A DNA stretch of 64,000 bases from Anaerolineae bacterium (GTDB taxonomy: Bacteria > Chloroflexota > Anaerolineae > UBA1429): NCBI GenBank assembly GCA_963675785.1, contig OY776562.1:832001-896000 (forward strand), written 5' to 3'. Of this stretch, positions 9,044-18,737 are shown piece after piece. The position numbers were made by a program, and so were the translations under genes. Under the pieces are notes generated by a model, which ran no database searches, had not been told where the DNA came from, and saw only the letters and a program-made list of their open reading frames with translations. How positions within the stretch are numbered: position 1 is the stretch's first letter; each line of letters starts with the position of its first letter.

Positions 9044-9883
9044 ATGTCGCGGTTTGCAGTGCTCCAGCTATCGGGCTGTGCCGGATGCGAGGTCTCTTTG
9101 CTCAATGCCGAAGCCTGGGTGGGCCGTAGAGAGCTGACCTATATGCCTTTGGTGATGACCGAAGAGTCTTTGCCTGACGTGGATACGTTGCTGGTGAGTG
9201 GGGCGGTGCGTACCGATGAGGACCATTACCGCCTTTTGGAGGCCGTTGAACATGCTGGCGAAGTAATCGCTGTGGGCACATGCGCTATATCCGGCGGTGT
9301 TGCCAACCTGGGTGATCGCGATGAGGTGCGTAATCGCTTTTTCGCTCAAACAGAGCGCCGCCATGTTCCCCGATTGCTGCCATGTCCTCATCCGGTGGAT
9401 TCTACGGTCGCAGTGGATCGCTACTTGCCGGGCTGCCCGCCAACACCACGCCTGTTTATGGCCGCATTGTTCGAATCTGAGGCCTTTGTCCCCGCCAAGA
9501 CCGTTTGCATCGATTGTGGCCGCACCAAGACCCGCGACCGTCCCAGTAAACTCGTGCCTTTTCAGGCGGGTACCGTCATCGATCCCGATGTTTGCCTCAT
9601 CAATCAGGGCTTTCTTTGCATAGGTTCTTCGACGCGAGGTGGTTGCGGCGCGCCTTGTACCCGGGCTGGCCATCCTTGCGTCGGTTGCCGGGGCCCCTCA
9701 GATGGTTTTATCTCACGTTCTTCTGAAGAGTGGTTCCAGGCTATTCAGCGCGTGTTTGCCAAGATGACTGACATCGACGCCTTTGTCATCGACAGGGCTT
9801 TGCGCTCGCCGCAGTTGGCACTGTTTGTGTTCCAGTTTGCGGACTACACCGGCACCCTAAGAGACAAGGAGAAGGTACTCTAA
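9044..9883 (+). CDS. [NiFe]-hydrogenase small subunit, group 3 (MvhG-like)
   Basis: CAGC, GTCAISGG and PGCPP proximal cluster ligands; C-terminal CIDC..CL..QG..CIG..TRGGCGAPC..PCVGCRGP; no Tat signal. Confidence 0.85.
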   Translation: MSRFAVLQLSGCAGCEVSLLNAEAWVGRRELTYMPLVMTEESLPDVDTLLVSGAVRTDEDHYRLLEAVEHAGEVIAVGTCAISGGVANLGDRDEVRNRFFAQTERRHVPRLLPCPHPVDSTVAVDRYLPGCPPTPRLFMAALFESEAFVPAKTVCIDCGRTKTRDRPSKLVPFQAGTVIDPDVCLINQGFLCIGSSTRGGCGAPCTRAGHPCVGCRGPSDGFISRSSEEWFQAIQRVFAKMTDIDAFVIDRALRSPQLALFVFQFADYTGTLRDKEKVL

Positions 9884-11184
9884 TGCCATCTATCACTTTC
9901 CCCTTGAGTCGAATCGAAGGCCATGCGCAGGTGCGAGTAACCTATACTGGCGGTGTGGTGCATTCCGCGCATTTTCAATCAACCGAGTTGCGCGGGTTCG
10001 AATTTTTCTGTCAGGGTGCCCCGGCTGAGCAAATGCCGGTGATCGTACCGCGCATTTGCGGGGTTTGCTCTACGGCACACCATGTGGCTTCTGTCAAGGC
10101 CCTGGAGAGCGTCTATGGCGTCATTCCGCCAGAAAAGGCCATCCGCATTCGCGAGCTAATGATGCTGGGCCAGCTCATCCAGAATCAGGCCACTTCGTTG
10201 TTTCTGTTCACCATGCCTGATCTGGGTGGTGACGTGGGCATTCCCAGCATGTTCCACTTTGGTGCCGAAGACGCCGAGTTGGCCCCCAAAGCGCTGACTG
10301 TGCGCAAAGCGGGCACCGATCTGATTACCCTGGCTGGCGGGCAGTTTATCCATCCTGTGCGTGCAGTGATAGGTGGCGTTACCAGCGGTATTCCCCATGT
10401 CGCCGCCGATGCTTTGCGTCAGCAATTGCTGGCCGCGCTGCCCATGGCTCAGGAACTCGTGGAGCGTTACTGGGAGCTTTTTATCAAGCTCAAAGACCGC
10501 ATCCACACGTTGGGCGATGATACGCCCACCAGCTATTTGGCGGCGGTGAACCCCGGCCACGGCTTTTACGGTGACACGATTTACGTCTTTGATCGCGATG
10601 GCTCCCAGAGTGTGGCCTTTGCCCCCTGTGAATATCAGAAACACTTGGACATTGTGCCCATCTCGATGAGCTATGCCGACGGCACGCTCTATCACGGCGA
10701 GATGCTTCGGGCCAACTCGCTGGCGCGCATGAACATTCTGCCGTACCCCGGCACGCCTTTGGCCGATGCCTACACGAAACGCTTTTTGGAGGAATGGGGG
10801 TACCCGGCACACGCCATACTGCTGTTCGACCTGGCCCGCTGCATTGAGCTGGTGTACAGCCTGGAAAAGGCCTGCGAGCTGCTGGAGCTCGATCTCGAAA
10901 GGGGTGACCTCAAGGCGCCGTACACTCCGGTTGATGGACAGGGCTGCGGCTGCGTAGAAGCCCCGCGCGGCCCACTCATCCACCATTACGAGGTGCAAGA
11001 TGGGCTCATCACCAAGTCCAAGTTCCTCATCCCCACGCAGCACAACATTTTTGCCATCGAGCACGCACTCAAGATAGCGGCCCAGCGCTACATCTCGGAG
11101 GAGGGCATCAGCCCCGAGCTGGAACGGGCTGTGGGCAGGGTGGTACGCGCCTTTGACCCCTGCATTGCCTGCGCTACTCATTAG
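9883..11184 (+). CDS. [NiFe]-hydrogenase large subunit, group 3 (MvhA-like)
   Basis: RIEGH, RGFE, L1 PRICGVC...H, EAPRG..IHHY, L2 RAFDPCIACATH-stop; coupled to the small subunit by a TAATG overlap. Confidence 0.93.
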   Translation: MPSITFPLSRIEGHAQVRVTYTGGVVHSAHFQSTELRGFEFFCQGAPAEQMPVIVPRICGVCSTAHHVASVKALESVYGVIPPEKAIRIRELMMLGQLIQNQATSLFLFTMPDLGGDVGIPSMFHFGAEDAELAPKALTVRKAGTDLITLAGGQFIHPVRAVIGGVTSGIPHVAADALRQQLLAALPMAQELVERYWELFIKLKDRIHTLGDDTPTSYLAAVNPGHGFYGDTIYVFDRDGSQSVAFAPCEYQKHLDIVPISMSYADGTLYHGEMLRANSLARMNILPYPGTPLADAYTKRFLEEWGYPAHAILLFDLARCIELVYSLEKACELLELDLERGDLKAPYTPVDGQGCGCVEAPRGPLIHHYEVQDGLITKSKFLIPTQHNIFAIEHALKIAAQRYISEEGISPELERAVGRVVRAFDPCIACATH

Positions 11185-11216
11185 AGAGTATAGACTTGTT
11201 ATAGAGTATATTGATT

Positions 11217-11252
11217 AGGGGATAGTGAGGATACTCGCTATCCCCTGTTTTT
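11217..11252 (+). terminator. Terminator of the hydrogenase operon
   Basis: AGGGGATAGTGAG-GATA-CTCGCTATCCCCT-GTTTTT. Confidence 0.8.
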
Positions 11253-11296
11253 ATGGGCCTATTTTGTCCCCACCGATGTTATAGTGGATATACTCA

Positions 11297-13609
11297 CTAT
11301 AACAAGTTACGCTTGAGCAGGAGGCCAACAGTCTCGGCGCTGCCGTACATGTCGTGGGAGAACTCTTTGCCATGGCCGGGTCCGGGTTCGGGGGCCTGCA
11401 GCAGCCTCTCGAATTTGGCGCGCCAACCGATGTTGAGAATGCGCAAGTGTTCCTCATCCTGGGCGATGGTAGCGCCGTTGACTTCGGCCATGAGCAGAAC
11501 GCCCAGTTGACGGATGGCCTGAGATGCCGGACAGGATGTGTAACGCCAGTCTTGCCATTCTTCTCGCCAGGTGTCGTTGTTGAGGAAGGTAACAGCCTTG
11601 CCGATGGCCTCGGGCAGACGCTTGTCGCCAGTGATGCGGTAGTACTGGGCGATGCCATTGATCATGATGGAAGTGATGAACCCTGCCATGCCGGTGTGTT
11701 TGACATGCTTGCAGGTGCAATGATCGGGGGCCATGGGCTGACGCAGCCAACCACCGCAGACGGGATCCTGGTCGTCGAGAGCATCTTGGACGAGCACACC
11801 AGCGGCAGCCAAATAGGAGGGATTCTGATCGAGTTCATAGGCGCAGACCAGCGCCAACAAGGGCCAGCCCACAATACGACCGGCGTGGGTGCCGCCGATG
11901 AAACTGTACTTGCGATCCATGACCAACTCGGTGAGGTTATCGGCGATTTGCTGCACGGTTTCCTTGACATAAGGATCACCAGTCAAAAAGTAGTGCTGCA
12001 CCATACCGCGGGTAAAGACGTGGCCGAGATCAAAAGGGCCAAGGCAGAGATAAGGATGGGGGTTTGCGCCAGCATCTTCAACGCGCTTGGAAATGAACAA
12101 ATCCTCGATCGTCTTGTAAGAGTAAAAGCTGCCCACGTGGCCCACTGAGTGTTCCTGCACCATGCCGGGGCGCGAGACATAGCCCTTGGGGCGGAACTGT
12201 TCGAACCAGTCATCCAGCTCTTGAGTCAGGCTGTGCACGGTATCGACCTGGGCTGAGTGGTGGGCGGCAGCATTCGCCGTGTAGAAATACTTGGGGTCGC
12301 CTGTGCGAGCGTACATGACCAATAGCTCGTAGGTGGTGTCGTATTCGTGGTTGCCCCAGTTGACGATGCGCTCGCCGAACCAGTCTCCCCAGTTCATGGC
12401 ACCGTAATCGCGCTGGATTTCGATGGAACGCATATAGCCCTTGTATTGGGTCTCGGCCCAGGCATCATAAGGCTCAGCACCGGGGGTTCCAGCAGGAACG
12501 ATCTCTCCCCAAACGCCAGTGGCCACCGCCTCGGCAGGGTCGGCAATGACTATCAAGGGGGCATCGGCGTGTTTAGCCAGATCCTGACCATTGCCTTTCA
12601 GGTTCAGCCACACTTCCCATCCGCGAGCCTGGCCTGCGCGCAAACGATAGCAATTTTCTTTGATAAGGTACAGGTATTTGTACCAGGGTTCCATGTGATC
12701 ATAATCGCCCTTGGTAAAGGCGGGGAACAAGCCCAGGGCAACGCCATTGGCACGGGTTTCGATGCTCTTGGGCCACTGCTGCCACATTTCTTGCAGGGCG
12801 ATGCCCAGTGTGCCGCTGGAAGAAGCCAACTCGACCCACCCGGGTGCTTTGGCACCCTTGCCCTCGGCGCCCTCAAAGCGATAGCTCTCATCATCGACCT
12901 GGAAGAGGCGTACTTTGTCCTCAGTGGTGCCGCTCCAGGCGGGGTCTCCACCGATGGTTATCTTCGCGCCGTCACTGAGTGAGGTGAGCACCAGGGCAAG
13001 CTGCCTGATGTTGCACATCATGCCCTCCTCTATATCTACCACGACGAGGGGCTCTACTTTTAACAGGGGGCTGTTGGCGTAGGCGGATACGCGGAGACGA
13101 AAGCCGAATACACGCTTGCGGTCGGGCCGGTAGAAATTGCCCTGCAGGACAATGGTGGTGCGCTGACTACCAGCCGTCTCGACGCGCGTCCACTCGGCAG
13201 AGGCCAAGCAGGGCGTGCCATCGTCCAGGATGAGGGTCAGCATGACGTCGTAGCGATCATCGATGCGCAGCAGGGCATTTTGGTGAGGGGCGATGGATAG
13301 GCGATCGGCCAGGACGGGGATATCCTGGTCATTTTCCTTTTGCCCAGCATTGAGCTGTACCAGCTTGAACTCGGTGGTGGTATTTGCGGCGGGTGCGGCC
13401 TCAAAATCCAGCAAAACCCATTTGCTGCTGCCATCGGGCCACTGACCGAGGACGGTGGTTTGCAGCTCTACAGGCTTGCCTTGGGCATCCTGCAAGCCAA
13501 AGATAGCATCTGCGCGTGCTTCTCCCTGTGAAAAAGGGATACCGCCGGATACGGGGCGGGCCATAGAGAGGCCGGCGGCCTCAACGATCCGTACAGTGCG
13601 TGAATTCAT
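11297..13609 (-). CDS. PcRGLX/YetA-like protein (exo-rhamnogalacturonan lyase-like fold)
   Basis: N-terminal PVSGGIPF...WPDGSSKW signature; C-terminal YG..NWGDW..WGNHEYD alpha/alpha-toroid motifs; GGAGG RBS. Activity uncertain. Confidence 0.65.
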   Translation of the reverse strand: MNSRTVRIVEAAGLSMARPVSGGIPFSQGEARADAIFGLQDAQGKPVELQTTVLGQWPDGSSKWVLLDFEAAPAANTTTEFKLVQLNAGQKENDQDIPVLADRLSIAPHQNALLRIDDRYDVMLTLILDDGTPCLASAEWTRVETAGSQRTTIVLQGNFYRPDRKRVFGFRLRVSAYANSPLLKVEPLVVVDIEEGMMCNIRQLALVLTSLSDGAKITIGGDPAWSGTTEDKVRLFQVDDESYRFEGAEGKGAKAPGWVELASSSGTLGIALQEMWQQWPKSIETRANGVALGLFPAFTKGDYDHMEPWYKYLYLIKENCYRLRAGQARGWEVWLNLKGNGQDLAKHADAPLIVIADPAEAVATGVWGEIVPAGTPGAEPYDAWAETQYKGYMRSIEIQRDYGAMNWGDWFGERIVNWGNHEYDTTYELLVMYARTGDPKYFYTANAAAHHSAQVDTVHSLTQELDDWFEQFRPKGYVSRPGMVQEHSVGHVGSFYSYKTIEDLFISKRVEDAGANPHPYLCLGPFDLGHVFTRGMVQHYFLTGDPYVKETVQQIADNLTELVMDRKYSFIGGTHAGRIVGWPLLALVCAYELDQNPSYLAAAGVLVQDALDDQDPVCGGWLRQPMAPDHCTCKHVKHTGMAGFITSIMINGIAQYYRITGDKRLPEAIGKAVTFLNNDTWREEWQDWRYTSCPASQAIRQLGVLLMAEVNGATIAQDEEHLRILNIGWRAKFERLLQAPEPGPGHGKEFSHDMYGSAETVGLLLKRNLL

Positions 13610-13636
13610 GATACCTCCATCAATGCCATAAGATAG

Positions 13637-14161
13637 TTAGGAGCCGTGAATATAGGTGGCTATAACGCGCGCCAAATAAATGGTGTGCTGTTCTTCAAGG
13701 GGCCAGGAGTTAAAAGGTTCGGCCAAAAAGCCGTGGGGTGGGCGAATACGGTTATAGATGGTGCATTCGATATTGACCGGACATTCGAGGATGGCCGGTG
13801 CAGCGCAGTGTATGCCTGGAACAGGCGTCAAATTGGCACTCTGGAATTTGTCTTCATTGCGGCCCGAGTGTGTTCCGCAAATGCGCAGCGCCTCGCCCAT
13901 CAACTCGGTGGGAATGGCGATACAAAAATCGTTGGTTTCTTCCAAGAGCTGCCAGGAAAATCGGCGCGGCGATACGGCGATGGCGATAATGGGGTCGGTG
14001 CCGTAATGTGGGCCGAGCAGGCACCAACCGAGGGTTAGGGCGTTGGGGCGACCGTGGGTATCCTCGTTGCCATCCATGGTGCAGAGTATACCGCCGTGGC
14101 GTGCTCGATCGAGCAGATCGGGAACGTGGTCCCAAAAATCAGACAATATCATTTCACTCAA
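13637..14161 (-). CDS. Flavin reductase-like FMN-binding protein
   Basis: PNALTLGW, AVSPRRFS, CGTHSGRNEDKF, PAILECPVNIEC. Confidence 0.88.
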   Translation of the reverse strand: MSEMILSDFWDHVPDLLDRARHGGILCTMDGNEDTHGRPNALTLGWCLLGPHYGTDPIIAIAVSPRRFSWQLLEETNDFCIAIPTELMGEALRICGTHSGRNEDKFQSANLTPVPGIHCAAPAILECPVNIECTIYNRIRPPHGFLAEPFNSWPLEEQHTIYLARVIATYIHGS

Positions 14162-14231
14162 GGCCTATCTCCTTACGAACGCCGCTCGGGGACGCGTTCG
14201 GGCAGAGTATAGTGCCATGCAAAAAGGTTGT

Positions 14232-15458
14232 CTATGCTGTCAAGGCAGCGGATTCTCCGGCAAGGGCGCCAGAGGCAAAGCAGAATTGGAGGTTGTAGCC
14301 GCCACAGGGGCCGATGACATCGAGAATTTCACCAGCGAGATAGAGATGAGTGACCCGCTGGGAGGTATAGGTGGCCGGATCCATCTCGGATAAGGGCACG
14401 CCGCCAGAGGAGAGCTGGGCCTGTTTGAAGGAACCGACACCGGTGATGGGCAGGGTGAGATTGTGCAGGCGACGGAGGGTGCGACGCAACTGTCTAGGGG
14501 TGAGGGCGCTCATCGGCACGGTCTCATCCAGACCTTCGAGCTGGAGGATGAGGGGCGGCACGCGCGGGGGCAGCGCGGTGAGCAGCATGGTGGCCAGCGG
14601 CAGGGGCGTGTGGGCGCGCGACAGAACATAGTTCTCGAATTCGTCGGACTGGTCGGGCAGCAGGTCAATGACGGCGCGCAGATTGGCGCCCTGGTTAGCG
14701 GTGACATGATGGGAGAGGTTCATGGCGGCGGGGCCGTTGAGGCCATAGCGCGAAAAGATCATGTTGCCGTATTCAGCGGCGAGCTGCTGGTCATCCCGCC
14801 AGATGGAGAGGTTGACATCGAGGCGCACGCCCAGCAGGGCTTTGACAATACCATAGTCAACCTGAATGGGGGCCAGGGCCGGGCGAACCTCGTGGATGGT
14901 GTGCCCCAAGCGGGCCAGCTCACTGAGCAGGCTGCCCCGCGAGCCCAGAGCAGGGTAGGCTTTGCCGCCGGGGCAAAGGATGACGCGGTCGAAGGCATAC
15001 TGGGCGTTTCGATCTGGCGTGAACAGGGTAAATCCCTCAGATTGGGGTTGCAGCCCCATAACCTGCGTGTTGGGACAAAAGATAACGCCCGCTTCGTCCA
15101 GGGCGGCTTCCAAGAGACTCACCACCGATGCCGCCGAATCGGAGAGCGGGTAGCACCAACCATCGGCGGTGGCGTGGGTGAGGATGCCCCATTGAGCCAT
15201 CTTTTCCAGGAGCCAGGCGGGGCCGTGTTCGGCAAAAAGGGGCTCCAAAAGGGCCTGATCCTCACAGGTGTAGGCAGCGGGACTGGCGTTGGTGTTGGAG
15301 AGGTTGCAGCGCCCATTGCCGGTAACGAGCAGTTTACGGCCGATGCGTTCGTTGGTATCGAATAAGGTAACACGAGCACCGCGTTCGGCAGCCGCAAGGG
15401 CGGCAGCAATACCGGCCGGGCCAGCGCCGACTATGCCGATGGTTGGCGTAGGGCTCAC
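14232..15458 (-). CDS. HI0933/BaiN/YhiN family NAD(P)/FAD-dependent oxidoreductase
   Basis: GAGPAG, GRKLLVTGNGRCNLSN, GGKAYPALGS.G, GE.LDV.GPCGGYNLQ. Confidence 0.93.
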   Translation of the reverse strand: MSPTPTIGIVGAGPAGIAAALAAAERGARVTLFDTNERIGRKLLVTGNGRCNLSNTNASPAAYTCEDQALLEPLFAEHGPAWLLEKMAQWGILTHATADGWCYPLSDSAASVVSLLEAALDEAGVIFCPNTQVMGLQPQSEGFTLFTPDRNAQYAFDRVILCPGGKAYPALGSRGSLLSELARLGHTIHEVRPALAPIQVDYGIVKALLGVRLDVNLSIWRDDQQLAAEYGNMIFSRYGLNGPAAMNLSHHVTANQGANLRAVIDLLPDQSDEFENYVLSRAHTPLPLATMLLTALPPRVPPLILQLEGLDETVPMSALTPRQLRRTLRRLHNLTLPITGVGSFKQAQLSSGGVPLSEMDPATYTSQRVTHLYLAGEILDVIGPCGGYNLQFCFASGALAGESAALTA

Positions 15459-17017
15459 GAGGCGTCTCCTTCCAGCGGGTGCACCAACTGTACAAAACGG
15501 CAGGCATCGCGGGCGCAGGTCATGATGCCGCCGGCGTAACCGGCACCTTCGCCCAGCACATACAAACCGGACAGCGATTCGGCGCAGCAGGTTTCATCGC
15601 GGGGGATGCGCAAAGGGCTACTGGTGCGGCTTTCCAGGCCAATGAGCAGGCCCTCCCTGGCAAAGCCGGGTATGGCTCGATCCCATTGAGCCAGGGCCCC
15701 TTGCAACACGGCGGCAATACGTTCGGGCAAGAGCTGATCCAACCGAGCAGAAGCGATGCCGGGCCGATAGGTAGCTACTGGCAGGTCTCGAGAGGCCCTG
15801 CTGCCAAAATCGACGGCCCGTTGAGCGGGAGCCACATAACCACCGCCACCGGCCCGATAGAAAAGACGTTCCAGATCGCGTTGGGCCTCGACGGCGGCAT
15901 CGGCATCATGACCGAGAACCTGAGGATCGATGCCAACGACGAGGGCGGCGTTAGAATAGGCGCCATCACGCTGGTGGTAGCTCATACCATTGCTCACCTG
16001 ACCCTCGGGTTCGCTGGAGGCGCAGACCACCTGACCGCCGGGACACATGCAAAAGCTAAAGGCCGAACCCAGCTCGCTATGGTAGGTCAGTTTATAATCA
16101 GCGGCGGGCAACACGTCGGCATCGGCGCCAAATTGAGCCCGATCGATGAGCTCGGCAGGATGTTCGATGCGGGTACCGAGAGCGTAAGGCTTGGGCTCCA
16201 TGACGACGCCAGCCTGCCGCAGCATACGCACCGTATCGCGGGCGCTATGACCGATGGCCAGAATGAGGGAAGTGGCCTCGTAGCGGGTACCATTGACGAC
16301 GATGGCGCGCAGGGCGCCGGAGGTGGTTTCGATACCCTCCAGACGTTGGCCAAAGAGCACCTGACCGCCGAGACGTTCGATTTCCTGACGGAGGTTGACG
16401 ACTACCTGGCGCAGTTTATCGGTGCCGATGTGGGGTTTGTTACGGTAGAGCGTCTCGGGCGGGGCGCCAAACTCGACAAAGGTCTCCAGAATGCGGTGAT
16501 CCAGGGGGTGGGCCTTGCCGGTGGTGAGCTTGCCATCGGAAAAAGTGCCAGCGCCGCCTTCACCAAACTGCATGTTGGCTTCGGGATCGAGCGTGCCTTT
16601 GGACCAGAGGTCTTCAATGGCCTCCAGACGTTGGCGTACCATTGGTCCGCGCTCGAAAACGATGGGGCGGTAGCCCTTGCGGGCCAGTTCCAGGGCGGCG
16701 AACATGCCAGCAGGGCCAAAGCCAACGATGAGGGGCTGGGCATCGAGGTGAATGACAGGTTCGACGAACAGCTCTGGCTTGAGGCGGTATTCGGTGATCT
16801 TGCCGCTGCGGAGCAGCTTTTTCAGGGCAGGGTTGTTGGGTTCGGATTCAAAGATAAGATGGTAGACATAACGTATGGCCGATTTACGACGCGCATCAAT
16901 GGCCTGACGCTCGATATATACGCGATGGGTGGCGATACCCAGCTCGTCGTAGATGAGCTGTTCAAAGGGCCGCTCGTCGTGCACTGAGACGGCCAGATTC
17001 TTGATGAGGTATTTCAT
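15455..17017 (-). CDS. FAD-dependent dehydrogenase (COG2509-type)
   Basis: GFGPAG, FGEGGAGTFSDGKL, PHIGTD, FCMCPGG, ESRTSSP, GEGAGYAGGI. Confidence 0.9.
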   Translation of the reverse strand: MKYLIKNLAVSVHDERPFEQLIYDELGIATHRVYIERQAIDARRKSAIRYVYHLIFESEPNNPALKKLLRSGKITEYRLKPELFVEPVIHLDAQPLIVGFGPAGMFAALELARKGYRPIVFERGPMVRQRLEAIEDLWSKGTLDPEANMQFGEGGAGTFSDGKLTTGKAHPLDHRILETFVEFGAPPETLYRNKPHIGTDKLRQVVVNLRQEIERLGGQVLFGQRLEGIETTSGALRAIVVNGTRYEATSLILAIGHSARDTVRMLRQAGVVMEPKPYALGTRIEHPAELIDRAQFGADADVLPAADYKLTYHSELGSAFSFCMCPGGQVVCASSEPEGQVSNGMSYHQRDGAYSNAALVVGIDPQVLGHDADAAVEAQRDLERLFYRAGGGGYVAPAQRAVDFGSRASRDLPVATYRPGIASARLDQLLPERIAAVLQGALAQWDRAIPGFAREGLLIGLESRTSSPLRIPRDETCCAESLSGLYVLGEGAGYAGGIMTCARDACRFVQLVHPLEGDAS

Positions 17018-17023
17018 CGTCGG

Positions 17024-17833
17024 TCAGCTCCCCGTCGAATGATAATGGCGTTCGCCGTAGCGCCAGATGCGCAGCGATACGAGCATGAACACTACGCCGA
17101 TGAGCGGCGAGACCCACTGAAACCAGGCTGGCATACCCAGCGGATCAGCTTTGCTCAGGATGGCCAACCCCGGAAAATAGTTGACTGCTGCCAGAGGGAT
17201 GACAAAGATGAAAATGGCCCGGAACCAGGGGCGGTAAACGGAAAGAGGGTACTGGGCCGTCTCGACGCCGCCATAGGTGACGGCGTTCACGACCTCTAGC
17301 GTGCCAGCGGTGATCCACCAAAAGGAGAGGGTGGCCTGCAGCACAAACACGCCGCAAAACAGGCAGGCGCCGCAGCACACTGCTCCGATGAGGAGCAAGA
17401 CTTTGGGGATCGTCCATATCACGTCCAGGGCAAAGGCAGCCCAAAGCAGGATAAAGAGGCCCTGGGCAAAGCGGCCCACGCGGCGAATTTGAAATTCGCT
17501 GCCGGCCACCTGCAAGGCGGTGCCCTGGGGACGCAGCATCATGCGGTCGAATTCACCGTGGCGCACCATGCTATCGAAATTATCAAAGCCTCGGGCGGCA
17601 GCTTCCGAGATGGCAAAGGACATGTTGATCATGCCGTAATAGAGGGCGATTTCGGGCAGCGTCCAGCCGATGATGGTGCCAAAGCGGTCGAAGAGAGCCC
17701 AAACGCCCACGAATTCCAGGCCGATGCGAAAAATCATGCCGATGGTATCCATGATGAACGAGGCGCGGTACTGCATTTGCGCCCGAATAGAGGCCGCCAC
17801 ATAGTGGCCGTAGAGGCTGAGCGTTTGACGCAT
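17024..17833 (-). CDS. ABC-2 type transporter permease (DUF990-like), second permease
   Basis: QMQYRASF, GWT..E, VRHGEFDRMMLRP, YPLSVY, FVIPLA...YFP and C-terminal YHSTGS. Confidence 0.9.
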   Translation of the reverse strand: MRQTLSLYGHYVAASIRAQMQYRASFIMDTIGMIFRIGLEFVGVWALFDRFGTIIGWTLPEIALYYGMINMSFAISEAAARGFDNFDSMVRHGEFDRMMLRPQGTALQVAGSEFQIRRVGRFAQGLFILLWAAFALDVIWTIPKVLLLIGAVCCGACLFCGVFVLQATLSFWWITAGTLEVVNAVTYGGVETAQYPLSVYRPWFRAIFIFVIPLAAVNYFPGLAILSKADPLGMPAWFQWVSPLIGVVFMLVSLRIWRYGERHYHSTGS

Positions 17834-18045
17834 GAGAGACTCCTCTGGTTTGGACCGGAAATAGAGTTTAGCACAAAATAGTGTCAGTATGTAACCCCTA
17901 GTGACCTATGAGCCCCGTCGGCGGTATATGGCGTATGCTACGGCTTGACAGATAGGCCGAATCTGACAGAATCAGTATGCTAGATTTTAGCTTGCCAGGC
18001 CCTGGTATTACAGGCCATGTGCGAATAGCCCAAATGGAGGTGGAC

Positions 18046-18714
18046 GTGCTCGAACCTTCCAAGCAGAAGAACGCAGTGACGATCCCCGCGTACCTGAATT
18101 ATTGGCTTGGTTTGCCCAAGGATTACAGCGAGGCATGCAAGTGGCCGCTCATCCTATTTTTGCACGGCGCGGGTGAGCGAGGCGACGATTTGGAAAAGGT
18201 CAAGGTGCACGGCGTACCCCACGAGGTGGCGGCCGGACGCGATCTGCCCTTTATCACGGTTTCGCCACAGTGCCCGAAGAACACCTGGTGGCCCGATCAT
18301 GGGCGGATGTTGATGGCGATATTGGATGAGGTATCGGCAAAATATGCTGTGGACCCGGACCGCATCTATTTGACTGGCCTGAGCATGGGGGGATTTGGCA
18401 GCTGGTATTTGGGCTGTTGCTATCCCGAGCGTTTTGCGGCAGTCGCACCGATTTGTGGTGGCGGCATGTGGGGGCACGGATTCCCCGATCGTGTGGTGGA
18501 TTTGGCTGGTGTGCCGGTATGGGCTTTTCATGGGGCCCGCGACCCGGTAGTGCCGATTACGATGACGGTGGAACTGGTTGACCGGCTCAAGGCAGTCGGT
18601 GGTGACGTACGTCTTTCGGTATTCCCCGATGCAGAACACGACGCCTGGACGCGCGTGTATGCAGGTGATGCACTTTACGAATGGTTTCTCTCAAACAGTC
18701 GCTCCAACGAGTGA
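18046..18714 (+). CDS. Alpha/beta hydrolase (predicted peptidase/phospholipase-carboxylesterase)
   Basis: PLILFLHGAGERG, GLSMGG nucleophile elbow, FHGARD.VVP, HDAW; GTG 18046 follows GGAGG. Confidence 0.88.
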   Translation: MLEPSKQKNAVTIPAYLNYWLGLPKDYSEACKWPLILFLHGAGERGDDLEKVKVHGVPHEVAAGRDLPFITVSPQCPKNTWWPDHGRMLMAILDEVSAKYAVDPDRIYLTGLSMGGFGSWYLGCCYPERFAAVAPICGGGMWGHGFPDRVVDLAGVPVWAFHGARDPVVPITMTVELVDRLKAVGGDVRLSVFPDAEHDAWTRVYAGDALYEWFLSNSRSNE

Positions 18715-18737
18715 CCTTACTGGCAAAGGAGCAAGTC

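Noticed and set aside
11155-11184. Selenocysteine ([NiFeSe]) or read-through in the hydrogenase L2 motif
   Set aside because: Both L2 cysteines are TGC codons, and the stop after His is TAG followed shortly by a terminator.
11190-11306. Imperfect inverted repeats (CTTGTTATAG..AGTATA / TATACT..CTATAACAAG) between convergent genes as MITE ends
   Set aside because: Short and imperfect, no target-site duplication seen, and one arm overlaps a coding 3' end.
15479-16987. 502-aa plus-strand ORF and other long antisense ORFs (3018-4262, 10156-11181, 14463-15365, 37611-38648, 47455-48558)
   Set aside because: Shadow frames opposite well-supported genes in GC-rich DNA, with no recognisable motifs.
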